A DNA stretch of 63,922 nucleotides, counting the filler, from Neolecta irregularis DAH-3 (lineage: Eukaryota): NCBI GenBank assembly GCA_001929475.1. It is 10 parts of 10 records of this genome, joined end to end, with 100 filler letters (N's around TTAATTAATTAA, not from the genome) between each part and the next. Parts side by side here need not be neighbours in the genome. Positions count along the whole stretch, not along the records: positions 1 to 12,423 come from LXFE01000668.1; positions 12,524 to 19,596 come from LXFE01004345.1; positions 19,697 to 21,341 come from LXFE01000670.1; positions 21,442 to 38,909 come from LXFE01004355.1; 6 more parts are not named here. One strand, 5' to 3'. Positions within the stretch are counted from its first letter, which is position 1. Each line of letters starts with the position of its first letter. The translations under genes were made by a program, and so were the position numbers. The notes below the pieces were generated by a model. That model was not told the DNA's origin. It saw only the letters and a list, made by a program, of their open reading frames with translations, and ran no database searches. Positions 11,377-22,741 of this stretch are shown here, one piece after another.

Positions 11377-12873
11377 GATTAACAGAGGAGACTTCACGAG
11401 GTCTCGATTGGCGGTGAGTAGAACTGTGAAGTATTTTGTAAATCGCGTGACTGGAATTAGAAGTTCCCTCGCCTTTGGCTCAACGACAAACTGGTATACG
11501 ACAGTCAAGGATATTCAGGTCTCGACGTCTATTACGTGACCTATCCTTCTTGTCTCACGGTAACTCGGTGTCTCTCCACCTACAGCCCCCGCGCATTGTC
11601 TACTCTCCTCTCTCGCCTGTGCCTCCTCTCCCTGCCGCCTCCTCTGTCCCGCGCGTCCCCCCTGCCAAGGTCCGCAGCCTCAACATTGTCCTCCACCACC
11701 ATCCGATCCAGGACCGGCCTCCTCCCAGCCAATTTTGACACTCACTGTAAGTACCAGTGTTGTAACTGGGGTCCTCGGTGCTTTAAATCCAGGAATTCCC
11801 TTAATGCGCGACCTAAGAGGTGTTGAAACCTGTTGATTCACAAATAAAGTGGCGATAATAATTGCCACGATGAAAGAGGTGAGAAAGCTAGTGATGAGAT
11901 GGAATCGATCCCGAAGCTTGAGAGAAAAATTGTCGTTTTGCGATCTCAACTATTTGGCTTGATAAAGTAATGGTGAATGGTGATTTTTTTCAGACATTGA
12001 AATAGATCTAGGGCGGGCACCTCCAGTGTTGTGGTGTTGGAATATTCTATTTGAGGCTGAATCTTAATATGAATGTCCTGGTCTCGAAAGTGACCACTAT
12101 GAAAAGAGCAAATGGCTGACAGATTTCAAGACAAATTCTACGTATTGCTGTTTTGTATGGAAGGCAGGAAATTGTCAATAGACAAAATTGACAATAATTG
12201 AATTACATATTATGTTGAAGTACATCCTTTACGTGTGGCATTAGCTTTGAGTAATGATATCAATCATCTCAGATCGCGAAGGAGTCTCCCTGAATTCCCT
12301 TGGCCCCTACAACATCAGAGTAAGCTGGCCGCCATGGAGTAGATAGGAAGGAAATTATAAGTGTTGGAGCTCGAGTACAATAAGATCAGGTTATATTTCC
12401 TTAATCTAAGCTTGTAGGCGTGTNNNNNNNNNNNNNNNNNNNNNNNNNNNNNNNNNNNNNNNNNNNNTTAATTAATTAANNNNNNNNNNNNNNNNNNNNN
12501 NNNNNNNNNNNNNNNNNNNNNNNAGAATTCGGTGGAATGGATTACGACATATATATCTTTCTGATTGAAAGAAGCACTCTAAAATGCAGATCAGCCCGCT
12601 TTTCCATCCACATTGCTGCATTAGATCAATCTTTGAATTACCCGGCCTTGACAGCGATTTACCACAATGGACATGCATAGGGACGCGAAACAAGTGAAGG
12701 TGGCTGGGTCACTTTTGCGCGTTGCCCGGAATGCCTCGCCGCTTAAAATTGGGCCATGGTCAATCATGCCCTTCACTGTTTAGTCGCCCGTCATTCTTTC
12801 ACATATTCCACGACTTTCCTTATCTTTTCTTTTCTTCGACCTTCTTTCCTTCACCGTGACGCTCGCACTCGTA

Positions 12874-13638
12874 ATGTCTGATAATATCACAATCCAGCGA
12901 GCACTGCAGCAACAAGCGGATGTGCACCGTCGTTTCCGACTTGTGTTTCAGAAAATGGACTCTGATCGTTTGAATAGCAGAACACCCTTCCATCAAGAAA
13001 CCAAGCGGGAGTCTCGCATCTCGATTCTCAGTTTCACACCATCCTCAGATCTTGTCGAATTAGCAATCCCCACTGAACCAATGAAACGGGATTCCTTCGT
13101 CCCTCGGCTCTGGAAGCTAGGGAATCCACCGTGGGAAGAAGGAGAAGAACCTGAGCCCGAATCCATATCAATTTTGCAACCTACTATTCGAAGGGTGGTC
13201 TCTGAAGATTTTCCCTCAAGCTCCTCGGAATCGGAAGGCGAAGCCATTTCTCCACCATCCAGTGTCCAGGATACCTTTTATGGCTATGCTTCGAACTCGT
13301 CAAGTCCCAGTGAATCAAAACGAAAGCCTATTCGCCGGCTTTTAAGGAAAATCAGCCAGCTGTCCCTGAGCTCGAATTACAATCTCGCGAAAGAAATTAC
13401 CTCTCCGACCACAGATTGCCTAACTCCCGATTATCCAACTCGATCACCTTCAAAATTTGTGTTGTCTCGCTTTCGAAAGCTCCTTGTCACTCAGGAGAGT
13501 AGTATCCGAAACATGAAGATCTCGGATCCAGTTCTCGTCAGCATCGAGAATAAGGATGCCCTAGCACATCATTTTGTTCTACCGACTGTACGACCCGTGT
13601 CTTCGATTGACATCCATGGAATATCAAATGGAATATAA
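12874..13638 (+). CDS. Hypothetical Ser/Pro-rich protein
   Basis: Uninterrupted 254-codon ORF after a CT-rich leader. No recognisable domain. Confidence 0.6.
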   Translation: MSDNITIQRALQQQADVHRRFRLVFQKMDSDRLNSRTPFHQETKRESRISILSFTPSSDLVELAIPTEPMKRDSFVPRLWKLGNPPWEEGEEPEPESISILQPTIRRVVSEDFPSSSSESEGEAISPPSSVQDTFYGYASNSSSPSESKRKPIRRLLRKISQLSLSSNYNLAKEITSPTTDCLTPDYPTRSPSKFVLSRFRKLLVTQESSIRNMKISDPVLVSIENKDALAHHFVLPTVRPVSSIDIHGISNGI

Positions 13639-13774
13639 GAAGTTACCAGGTCTCAAAATCCGCCAAAATAAACTTTCTTCAGTAGTTCAAATAATGTATA
13701 GTAGTATGTGCGATGAGTTTCCCATTCATTAAACTCGAAAATACACAAGATGACGCCGTATAAATAACAAAGTT

Positions 13775-15000
13775 TTAGCTCTTCTCAAAGTCTTCCACAG
13801 TCAACTGGTTCCCATCGGTAATCTTCTTCACGCTCCCTTGTCTGGGAATAACATCTACGTAGTTGCTAGGGAAATATCCCGTAGCCCCGCTTCTCAATCG
13901 GCCTCTCCACCATTGACAAGGTCGTCCTGAGGGATCCGTTTTACTCAAGATCGCAATAATGTCGCCTTGCTTCAATCCCAATTCTACATTCGGATCCTGC
14001 GGGTTGAAATCATATAATGCTCTACAGAATTCAAGTTTCGATGGATCAAGTGTCGTTTCCACGGTCGGACGATTTCTTTCTTCCTCTGCGGTTTGTGACA
14101 ATGATTTGATTAATCGAGACATGAGGTATGGTAACCCGATGACCGCAGCCAGAAAGAACAAGAATGGTTTCTTTGATGGTGGAGGAAGACTGTTTGCTTT
14201 ACTCTCAAATTTGGCAAATCCCTCCGGGGTGATGTCAATCGGTGATACACGACCCGTGATTTTTGCGGTAACAATTTTAGACCATCTTATTATCGCAAAG
14301 ATCCCCAGTATTGAGCCCAGTGAATTTTTGATATTTCCAAACTGTTCAGCGACTGAAACTATTGCTTTAGGTAAGCAAGACCCGAGACCTTCAGGGAATG
14401 TACCAAAGAAAGAGGAATGAGTAGCCATAAAAGTACTTTCCAACATCTGTGCAAATCCACCAAACGCACCAACGATACTTTCAATCATCTGGAAGGTAGC
14501 TAGGGTGTCAAAATATTTGGCTAAGGTGAGGGAATATACTGGCTGTACCATGCTCCATTCTCCTACTCAAACTCTGATCATCGGGCCCATATGGTCCGTA
14601 GCCCGGATAACCGCCTCCGATAGCGCCGTATCCACCACCAAGTCTCGAGTAAGGCGAACCGAAGCTTCCGTAACCACCGTAACCACCATAAGCACTGCCA
14701 TACCCCCCTCCATAAGCGTTTCCATAAGATGAACCGAAGCGGGGTTGATGAGGACTGTATGTGGATGCGCTGTAACCTTGATTTATGTTTGTTGATTGTG
14801 AGAGAGAGGACCGGGAGGGGAGTTCTGGTACGGCAGAGAGGGTGGATAAGGGTTGTGTTGATAGCACTGTTTCAGCGGCTGGACGAATTAGTAATCCGAT
14901 ATATAACATGAAGGATCAAACCTGCTTGAGGATTTGGCGCCGCAACCGCGACCGAAGCTGTGGGGCGGCTCTGCTCCCAGGGTTTTGGGGGAGAAGGCAT
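13775..15000 (-). CDS. PEX13: Peroxin 13 (peroxisomal docking protein, SH3), 3 exons
   Basis: N-terminus MPSPPKPWE, a YG-rich region, ATFQMIESIVGAFGGFAQMLESTFMATHSSFF, and a C-terminal SH3 (ALYDF...WW.G...GYFPSNYV). Confidence 0.95.
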
Positions 15001-16040
15001 GTCTGGATGACTTTGCAGATGTCAGATGAGTTTGAGGTTGGAAAGAAGTTGGGGCGCTTGCCGAAATTTACCCACTCCCGATTTCCTTCTATGTTTTAAT
15101 ACTGAAGTGCTTTTCAGCCTGTTTATGCCTGTTTTCTAGTCTGGGCAGATTTGCTTACTGCTGACCTCTGCGATGAGAGATCCCATTCAACTTTGCTTCG
15201 CTGGTACTATCCACAACCCCTGAATACTTTTCCCTGTTTTCTTGTAACCCAACTCGTTCGCACAATTTCTGCTTCCACTTTTCCTTGCCCCAAAGCCCTG
15301 AAGATCGCCATGTATCAAACTTGGAGATGACGATTTAGCATTTCTCCACTGCACTATTCAGCCCAACACCCTTTTATTCAATCCCTTCGAAATTGGATCG
15401 CTCATTAAACCGACGATCGTGGTAGTTTGGCGCCTTCAAGCGAACAAACATGATTAGTATGGATTCCTCACTACCGATTCCATACTCCAATAACATCCTT
15501 GTTCATCAAAATGAGTTATCCCAATTCTTCAGACAGAAGTATATTACACAAAGTTGAGATCAATCATCTCCTTATCCTCGTGATTCCTTCTTTAGAGGAA
15601 TGTGTGTCTCATAATTTATCTGCACTTCAAATGGTTGTTTGTGGGGCTTACGGGCTCGTTCCTGTAAATATAGCGGTAGTGAATGAGCTTACGAAAGATG
15701 GTATGTTTCGAGGCCTCTTAGGGTTTTTCAAGACTGAGACTACAAAGTGCAGACAATAGTCTATAAATATGGTATCAAAGGCTCTTGTTCTGCAACAGAT
15801 TCTCCTGCCAGATCAGACGAACACTTTCATACAACACACAACGCCCTTTCCGAATTTTCAAATCTTTTGTCCCAAACCTTCTGCTGTCCATGTAAGAAGC
15901 TTGGTTGATACATTATTACTNNNNNNNNNNTTTTCAAATCTTTTGTCCCAAACCTTCTGCTGTCCATGTAAGAAGCTTGGTTGATACATTATTACTTATT
16001 TGAAGAATTATCTGTTCAGAAAGAATCAGCTAGCATCGCA

Positions 16041-17150
16041 ATGAACTTTTGCTTCGCCGTGCTTCAACTGGCTTTTGCTGTCTCTGCAAGATTCAGATCC
16101 AATCATAAGGCTATCAAAACATTGAACTTGGAACCCTTTGCGGACTTGACATCAGCGTGCTCCGTTACTACATGGGTAGATCTAGATGCCTGTCTCAAGA
16201 CCACCAACATCATTATCAACAACCTCGCCGTACCCGCTGGAAAAACTCTGGATCTCACCAGTCTCAGGCCAGGCACACACATTGCATTTGAGGGGTCCAC
16301 TACCTTCGGAAGTGCTTCTTGGGCAGGCCCTCTTATTAGTATCGCCGGATATAATATCCAGGTTACGGGCACAGGTATATTGGATGGAGAAGGTGCTCAA
16401 CTTTGGGATGGCAAAGGGAGCAACGGTGGTAAACAGAAACCTGGTTTCTTTCAAACAATTAATTTAAGATATTCCAGTATTAATGGGATTACAGTGAGGA
16501 ACTCACCAGCACAAGTATTTCAAATTTATCAATCCGACCATGTCACCATTTCGGGAGTGACTATCGACAACAGAGCTGGCTCATTATTAGCGCGCAACAC
16601 TGACGGGTTCATTACTGGGAGTTCACAGCATGTCACAATTTCCCATTGTGTTATATTCAATCAAGATGATTGCGTAGCCATTGTCTCTGGCAGCGATATC
16701 CTCATCACGAATTTATATTGTGATGGGGGCCATGGACTCTCAATTGGCAGTATTGGCGGTAAACGCAACAACGTCGTCCGAAATGTCCGATTTGAACACT
16801 CGACAGTCATCAATAGTCAGAACGCCGCTCGAATTAAGACGAACTATGGTACCATTGGATCTGTAACCAATGCCACATGGACCGACATTATATTGAGCAA
16901 TATCAGCAATTATGGCATTGATATTCAACAAAATTACTTGAATGACGGGAGTAAGAGAAAACCAACAAATGGTGTCAATATTACAGACATCACTATGCAC
17001 AATATCACTGGCACCGTACAGAACAAAGCGATTCCGGTTTACATCTTATGTGGGACTGGATCTTGCTCAAACTTCAAGTTTGACCAGATTAATATACGTG
17101 GTGGGTCTCATTCGTCATGTAATATCCCCGTACCGGGTTCTGGCTGTTAG
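16041..17150 (+). CDS. Secreted endo-polygalacturonase (GH28), coding region intronless
   Basis: Signal peptide MNFCFAVLQLAFAVSA. Catalytic motifs NTDG, QDD, GHG and RIK are all intact, with C-terminal Cys pairs. Confidence 0.95.
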   Translation: MNFCFAVLQLAFAVSARFRSNHKAIKTLNLEPFADLTSACSVTTWVDLDACLKTTNIIINNLAVPAGKTLDLTSLRPGTHIAFEGSTTFGSASWAGPLISIAGYNIQVTGTGILDGEGAQLWDGKGSNGGKQKPGFFQTINLRYSSINGITVRNSPAQVFQIYQSDHVTISGVTIDNRAGSLLARNTDGFITGSSQHVTISHCVIFNQDDCVAIVSGSDILITNLYCDGGHGLSIGSIGGKRNNVVRNVRFEHSTVINSQNAARIKTNYGTIGSVTNATWTDIILSNISNYGIDIQQNYLNDGSKRKPTNGVNITDITMHNITGTVQNKAIPVYILCGTGSCSNFKFDQINIRGGSHSSCNIPVPGSGC

Positions 17151-19090
17151 TTAAATTAGTGGAAATGGAGCGGCGAAGACAGAGAATTTCATCTTGAGAG
17201 GTTGAGTGCATCGAAAGTGTATAGCGATAAGAGCTGGCTCTTCAAAAAGAATATTTATTCTAGGTTCCGTTGCAACAATATCGCTCCAAGTAGCCTTCCG
17301 TCCGTGATTGTAAGTTAGAGTTGATAGGCCTCCTGATCTCGGTGCTTCACCCTCAGATACCTTGGGTGGCAACGCTTGTGATACCCCCGCTTTTGCTTGT
17401 GGTACCGCTTGCGATCGTCGGTCCCATTTGCCTGGTGTCTCCGTCTCCGGGTCCTAAACCGAAGGGAGAGCCTTGGTGGTTTTGGCTGGGGTATACCAGT
17501 GACTGCCGACCGTGGGACACTATTGAGTCCCCACACATATATTTAAGATCTGCTTCAAGGTTGTATTTCAACTCAGCACATATTTGAATAATTGGATCAT
17601 CTCCACCATCTGCCTAGTAATCATCGAATATTCCGGAAACATGAAGTATCATATTAATACCATATTTTGATGTTATTCATTTTAAGCGGGTTCCTTTTTT
17701 AAAAAATCTTTAATAGCCTCCATTTGACGAGGCAAGGAACAAATTGCAGGATCCTCTATCGCTTTCATTAACTTCTCTCAAGGCCGTTGCATCAGGGATT
17801 GGATGGCGCTACATTAGAATCCGTTTTCTCTGAGATATATCAGGTCAATCGGAGATACAGAGTCTTTAAAGATCTAATTGGAGACAGATTTTTCCCTATA
17901 CCAGTCTGAACTTACATGACAATGAATTTCGGTTCCGCCGTCGGGAACAAGATACCATGTTAGGAACATACCCATAGATCGCATTTATCTCACAAATGCC
18001 ATTTATAAATTCATTGGTTTATCCATTAATACCTTTACATATACTAAATCGGTCGGTTCATTCATGCGCTCCTTGTAATCAGAGATCGGTGGGATCACAT
18101 TAAAATCACCACTGCAAGTCCTTTACATTTTTTGAAGGCTGTCGGCGATCCTTGAGAAGTTGCACGGATCAATGGTTTTAGTGCCGACTGTTCGAATATA
18201 TCCGATATGCAGTGTAACACACTAGTATGAACACAAATAACAATATGCCGTTATATGCTTATCCTTCTCTTTTCTCGACACGACAATCGTTAGTCTCTTA
18301 AGGCAACCCTCTTGTAAGTGATCGCCCGAAGTACGAATAAGACCCGGTATATTCTAACCAAAGTAATTGTACTTGGTTAGGTATGCGTAACCCCACTCGT
18401 TTACATACTTGCTACTGCGACAGCATCTACCACGTGTCTGGTAAGAACTAATGCTCTGGTTTGTTCTTACTTCTAGTTCCCCGGCTAACTAATATGCGAA
18501 ACGCGATGAACGCATTTCATCTCTTATTTCGCTTCGCTTAATCCTCACTTAATCGTCTGTTTCGCGTTTTTTCTAGACTTATTGCGCCTAACTCTGGTTT
18601 ACACTAATAACGATATATAATCTTATCATGCGACTCACCAACGCGCATTTATTATTTCTTCAACAGAAAATGGATGTCAAGGTCATACCACTGTTTTTCA
18701 AAGCCAGTCTCCTCCCTACATTCCTCTCTCATCTCGCTTCGGCCCCCCGCTCGGGGAGAATTTTCTTTTAGAAGTTTCAAATCTATCTTTTCTGTCACCC
18801 GGGTAAACATTACGACCAGGAAGAGTTAGTTTGTTACTCTAGGCTGGCAAGAGACATGAGCTTCTCATCATGAGCCCTTTGGCTATAAATACCAGCTACA
18901 AGACGCTTTTTATATAGCACAGTCATACCTCTTCAGGTCAATCACTCACCCAAATTTCAACACTCTTTTCACAAAAGAAAGCTTGAAATCTAGCACCTTT
19001 TGGACATTTCATCTTCATGTAAGAAGCGAGTCAAGGATCACTCACTCACTCACCTGAAGAATCAAAAGGAAAAGAATTATTATCAGCACG

Positions 19091-19596
19091 ATGAAATTCT
19101 TCTTCGCGTTCCTTGATCTCTTTGCTATTGCACACTTTGCGCTCGCTGCCTCTGAGGTTGAATCAGCTTGTAAAGCTAAACAAAAGCTTCTTGCACGTAC
19201 GGATTTGACAAACCCCAATCTAAGCAACTCCCCCGTATCAGCACTCGCCCCTGGAGGGACTAGCATCACAAATGGTCAACCAACCAACACACCTCTACCT
19301 GCCACGGTACTCAAAGCAAGCGTAGACGATTCCCAAAGTCGAAGTCCGCTATCGTCATCAGCATGCAAGGTTACCCAATGGTCCCAATTTGCCCCTTGTC
19401 TGTCGGCCAGAGAGATTCTTATCTCAAGTCTCGCCGTACCTGGTGGAAAAACCTTGGACTTTACTAATGTTAAACCTGGAACTCATATTCGATTCGAGGG
19501 AAAAACGACCTTTCGTTGCAAACATTGGGATGGGCCTCTTGTCCGATTTACTGGAAATAATCTCGTGATTGACGGTAATGGTACCCTTGATGGCAA
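19091..19596 (+). CDS. Second secreted GH28 polygalacturonase, 3' part lost in a gap
   Basis: Signal peptide and a Ser/Thr/Pro-rich extension, then LAVPGGKTLDFT...GTHIRFEGKTTF...WDGPLV...GTLDG, paralogous to the upstream GH28. Confidence 0.88.
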
Positions 19597-19696
19597 NNNN
19601 NNNNNNNNNNNNNNNNNNNNNNNNNNNNNNNNNNNNNNNNTTAATTAATTAANNNNNNNNNNNNNNNNNNNNNNNNNNNNNNNNNNNNNNNNNNNN

Positions 19697-19762
19697 TTGA
19701 TGATGATATTGATGATGATATTGATGATGATATTGATGATGATATTGATGATGATATTGATG
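19697..19762. repeat. 12-bp tandem repeat (TTGATGATGATA)n
   Basis: About 5.5 perfect copies adjoining the gap. Confidence 0.9.
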
Positions 19763-20111
19763 TGGCGATATTTCATCATACTCATACAGCCTGTTCCAAA
19801 ACAGTCCAAAACAGACAAGTGGAACAAGCCGGATAAAGCAATTTGCGACATCCGCATAGCGCCACTGAAACCTTTTGGTCCTCGCAATTTATACGCTGTA
19901 CACTCAAACTAGGCTATAAACCTCCCATACCGAATCCAACTCTGAAATTCATGGCATGGTTGGCGAATTAATTCGGTATAGAAATATGAAATGCCGCTTG
20001 CTATTTGAGAAGGATTGTTCCGAGTAGGGCCGTGCCACTGGCTTGGCTTGGACCATTTCCGCTTCTGTTACTCTTTGTTAGTCCTCGACCTATTCTCGCC
20101 TATTCAATCTC

Positions 20112-20270
20112 CATCTCATCTCATCCGTCCTCCGTCCGTCCTCCATCCATCATCCATACATCGTCCATCCACCGTCCATCCATCATCCATCATCGTCCAT
20201 CATCATCCATCCATCGTCCATCATCCATCCATCATCCATCATCCATCATCATCATCATCATCATCCATTC
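20112..20270. repeat. Degenerate (CATC)n/(CAT)n microsatellite
   Basis: Run of ccat/catc/cgtc/cat units. Confidence 0.9.
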
Positions 20271-20282
20271 ATTTCCTCCCAA

Positions 20283-21223
20283 ACAACGGCTTCTCAATAT
20301 CCTTCGTTACAGGGCCATCTCCCCAAACATACCCCCTCAAGCTCTGGCCCTGAAACGATCACCGTATTACCTCAGTCTCCTCCCCCCCGCCATCGACATC
20401 TCTCAATAGTCACCGCAGGCGCTGGTTCCGTCTACGAGCAACATCTTCGACTGCGAAGCGTCAGGAAACGACAAGAAGACAGCTCTGAAAAATTAATCCG
20501 CTTTTTTGGAGATATAGAAACGCCCATTTCAGACGTTTCTCTCAGAGATGTCAAAAAAATCGGTTTAGCCGCCGCTTTGGAATCAAAGGGAGTGTTGTGC
20601 TACTTTCTCTTGTTTCTCCTCCAAGAATACTCGTACGAAAATTTAGTATATCCATTACAAAATCGTTCTAAAGTTAGTTTTTCGTCTACGAAGTAGAGCA
20701 CTACGAATCATTCTCCTTTGTCTCACTTGAACAACGTATCGACACGGTACAATATATCTACGACTCCTACCTCCAAATAGACGCCGTCCTCGAACTAAAC
20801 ATTCTTCCAGACGCAGGGCAATCAGTTTCTACCGCAATCAAATCCCAAAACGAAGACCTTTTGAAAACTTGTTTTAAACAGGCGTTGTGCCAAGTATTCG
20901 ACATGCTCGAATCATGTTTCCTTAGCTGGAGAATTGAGTCCGGTGCGACATGGTCTCTCATGTTGGACGAATTAGGTGCCTTCCTCAAATAATATACGCT
21001 AACCACATCAGACGAAGACGCAAACTATCGCACTAAACAGACCATGATCAAAGCAATTAGCCATATCCTTGTTCATCTTTCAGCTAATCATAATTTCGAT
21101 TCGGCAGACTATGATAGCGACGATGAAACCCCTACAGCCATCAAAGCTCGTCGCGACCATAGCGTCAAGAATATGACACTCGCCTTTTTGAAACACTGTT
21201 TGGGATTTGATTTGGATTCGTGA
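20283..21223 (+). CDS. RGS (regulator of G-protein signalling) domain protein; start unresolved; missing from the ORF track
   Basis: Spliced frame (introns 20646-20677 and 20976-21011): KLIRFFG...LCYFLLFLLQEYSYENL|FFVYEVEHY...IYDSYLQIDAVLELNI...CFKQALCQVFDML...FDLDS*. This matches the RGS hallmarks FLxxEYSxENLxF, IYxxY and ExNI. Confidence 0.75.
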
Positions 21224-21242
21224 TCATTTGGCATAATGCTAA

Positions 21243-21341
21243 AAGATCGAGGGTTATAGTCTAGAGATCGAGGTTTATACAGATCGAGGTATATACAGAT
21301 CGAGGTATATACAGATCGAGGTATATACAGATCGAGGTATA
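21243..21341. repeat. 16-bp minisatellite (AGATCGAGGTATATAC)n running into a gap
   Basis: About 4 perfect and 2 degenerate copies. Confidence 0.9.
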
Positions 21342-21512
21342 NNNNNNNNNNNNNNNNNNNNNNNNNNNNNNNNNNNNNNNNNNNNTTAATTAATTAANNN
21401 NNNNNNNNNNNNNNNNNNNNNNNNNNNNNNNNNNNNNNNNNCGGTAGTAGCGGTAGAGTAAGGATGGGGTAGAACAGAGGGCGGCAACCGGAACGGGCAG
21501 ATAGGTAGGCAA

Positions 21513-21655
21513 TGGGAATAGACAGACAGAGGACACAGACAGATGGAGTAGACAGACAGACAGAGGACAGGGAATAGACAGACAGAGGACACAGACAGAT
21601 GGAGTAGACAGACAGACAGACACAGGGAATAGACAGACAGAGGACACAGATAGAT
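21513..21655. repeat. GACA-rich compound repeat with a ~56-bp higher-order unit
   Basis: gggaatagacagacagaggacacaga occurs three times. Confidence 0.85.
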
Positions 21656-21702
21656 GACTGATATAGATACTACCCGCCCATCTACAGAGGATAAAGATAC
21701 CG

Positions 21703-22654
21703 CTACCTGCCCATCTCCACATCGCCTCCGTCGCCCTCGCCCGCCATGTAGCTCTCCAGCTCGGCATCCAGATCCGCCTGCGACTTGGAACCCGGCTCAG
21801 TGCTGCGCCCGCCGCCCCGGCCGACTCTCCCGCTGCGCCCATTAACAGATCGCCGGAACCGCTCCGGCACAGTCCTCGCCCCAGAAATACGGCTGGCAAG
21901 AGGCCGCGGGCGCTCGCCGTAGCGTGGCCGCCCGTTCGACGCAACAAGCCCATCCATGCTCACGGCAATCTCCTCGCCTAACCAGTCAACAAGAACACCC
22001 CTGCTTTTTACCACCCTCGAGTCGAGTGCCATTGTACTTGCCGATCGCCTGGTACGCATCAGACGCATCTTCGTACGTCACAAACGCCCATCCTTCAGAC
22101 CGTCCAGACCGGTCATACTTTATCGATACTTTGCTCACTTTCCCAATCTCGGAAAATAAATCCTATTCCGATAAGAAGTGCACAAAAATATCCTCAAACC
22201 AGCAGGCGCTTCTCTGTAATATCCCAGTGAACATTATCAACCTTGAGCCGTGCTGCCCTTATTCCAGACCTGTTATATTAGCCCAGAGACGGCCCAATTT
22301 TTAACCTATCCTCAGGCCCCAGCCTGTTGGCAATCGAATCAACGTCATCCAGATCTATATACCGATCATGTTCCCATGCATTGCCATCGGAGGACTGTAT
22401 CGAAAATCGAAGTTAGCTTGCATTGACGTCTGGTGGAGGAAAACACGCCTAAACCAAATCAGCCAACATAATGTTAAAACAAACCTTGTGATATGGACCC
22501 TGTCGGCGGGGGTTCTGTTGTCTGCGACCATCATCCTGAGGCCTTCGATACCGCGTGCCCTAGGAATTAAGCATTTTCAAAAAATGAAGAAACTAACCAA
22601 GACTTTCCTATCCGCTACTATCTCATCAAGCGACAGATCCAAAGAAGCAGACAT
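21703..22654 (-). CDS. ALYREF/Yra1/Mlo3-family mRNA export adaptor-like RRM protein, multi-exon
   Basis: N-terminal UBM MSASLDLSLDEI, a WEHD motif, an RRM (LKVDNVHWDITE...), an RGG region, and C-terminal UBM SQADLDAELESYM. Confidence 0.85.
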
Positions 22655-22741
22655 GAGTTGGGGGTGATTCCGGAAAAGGGAAAATGGAGGTCGGCGGAGG
22701 TTAAACCTCAACTCCGGCAGCATCCGATTCTTAACCTCTAA

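Noticed and set aside
11475..11949. Overlapping ORFs in a C-rich patch upstream of IDH1
   Set aside because: The sequence is low-complexity with no protein motif and no element termini that I could support.
12424..12523. Recurrent N44-TTAATTAATTAA-N44 blocks (also near 19597, 21342, 38910, 55162, 56353, 57978, 59702, 62646)
   Set aside because: This is an artificial scaffolding linker with stops in all six frames, not a biological repeat.
20005..20409. Supplied ORFs rich in His/Ser/Pro/Ile (and the MMMIL ORF at 19697)
   Set aside because: These are translations of microsatellites. The real coding frame nearby is the third one (RGS gene).
21243..21341. Regular short repeats considered as a CRISPR-like array
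   Set aside because: The units are head-to-tail with no unique spacers, in a eukaryotic context with no cas genes.
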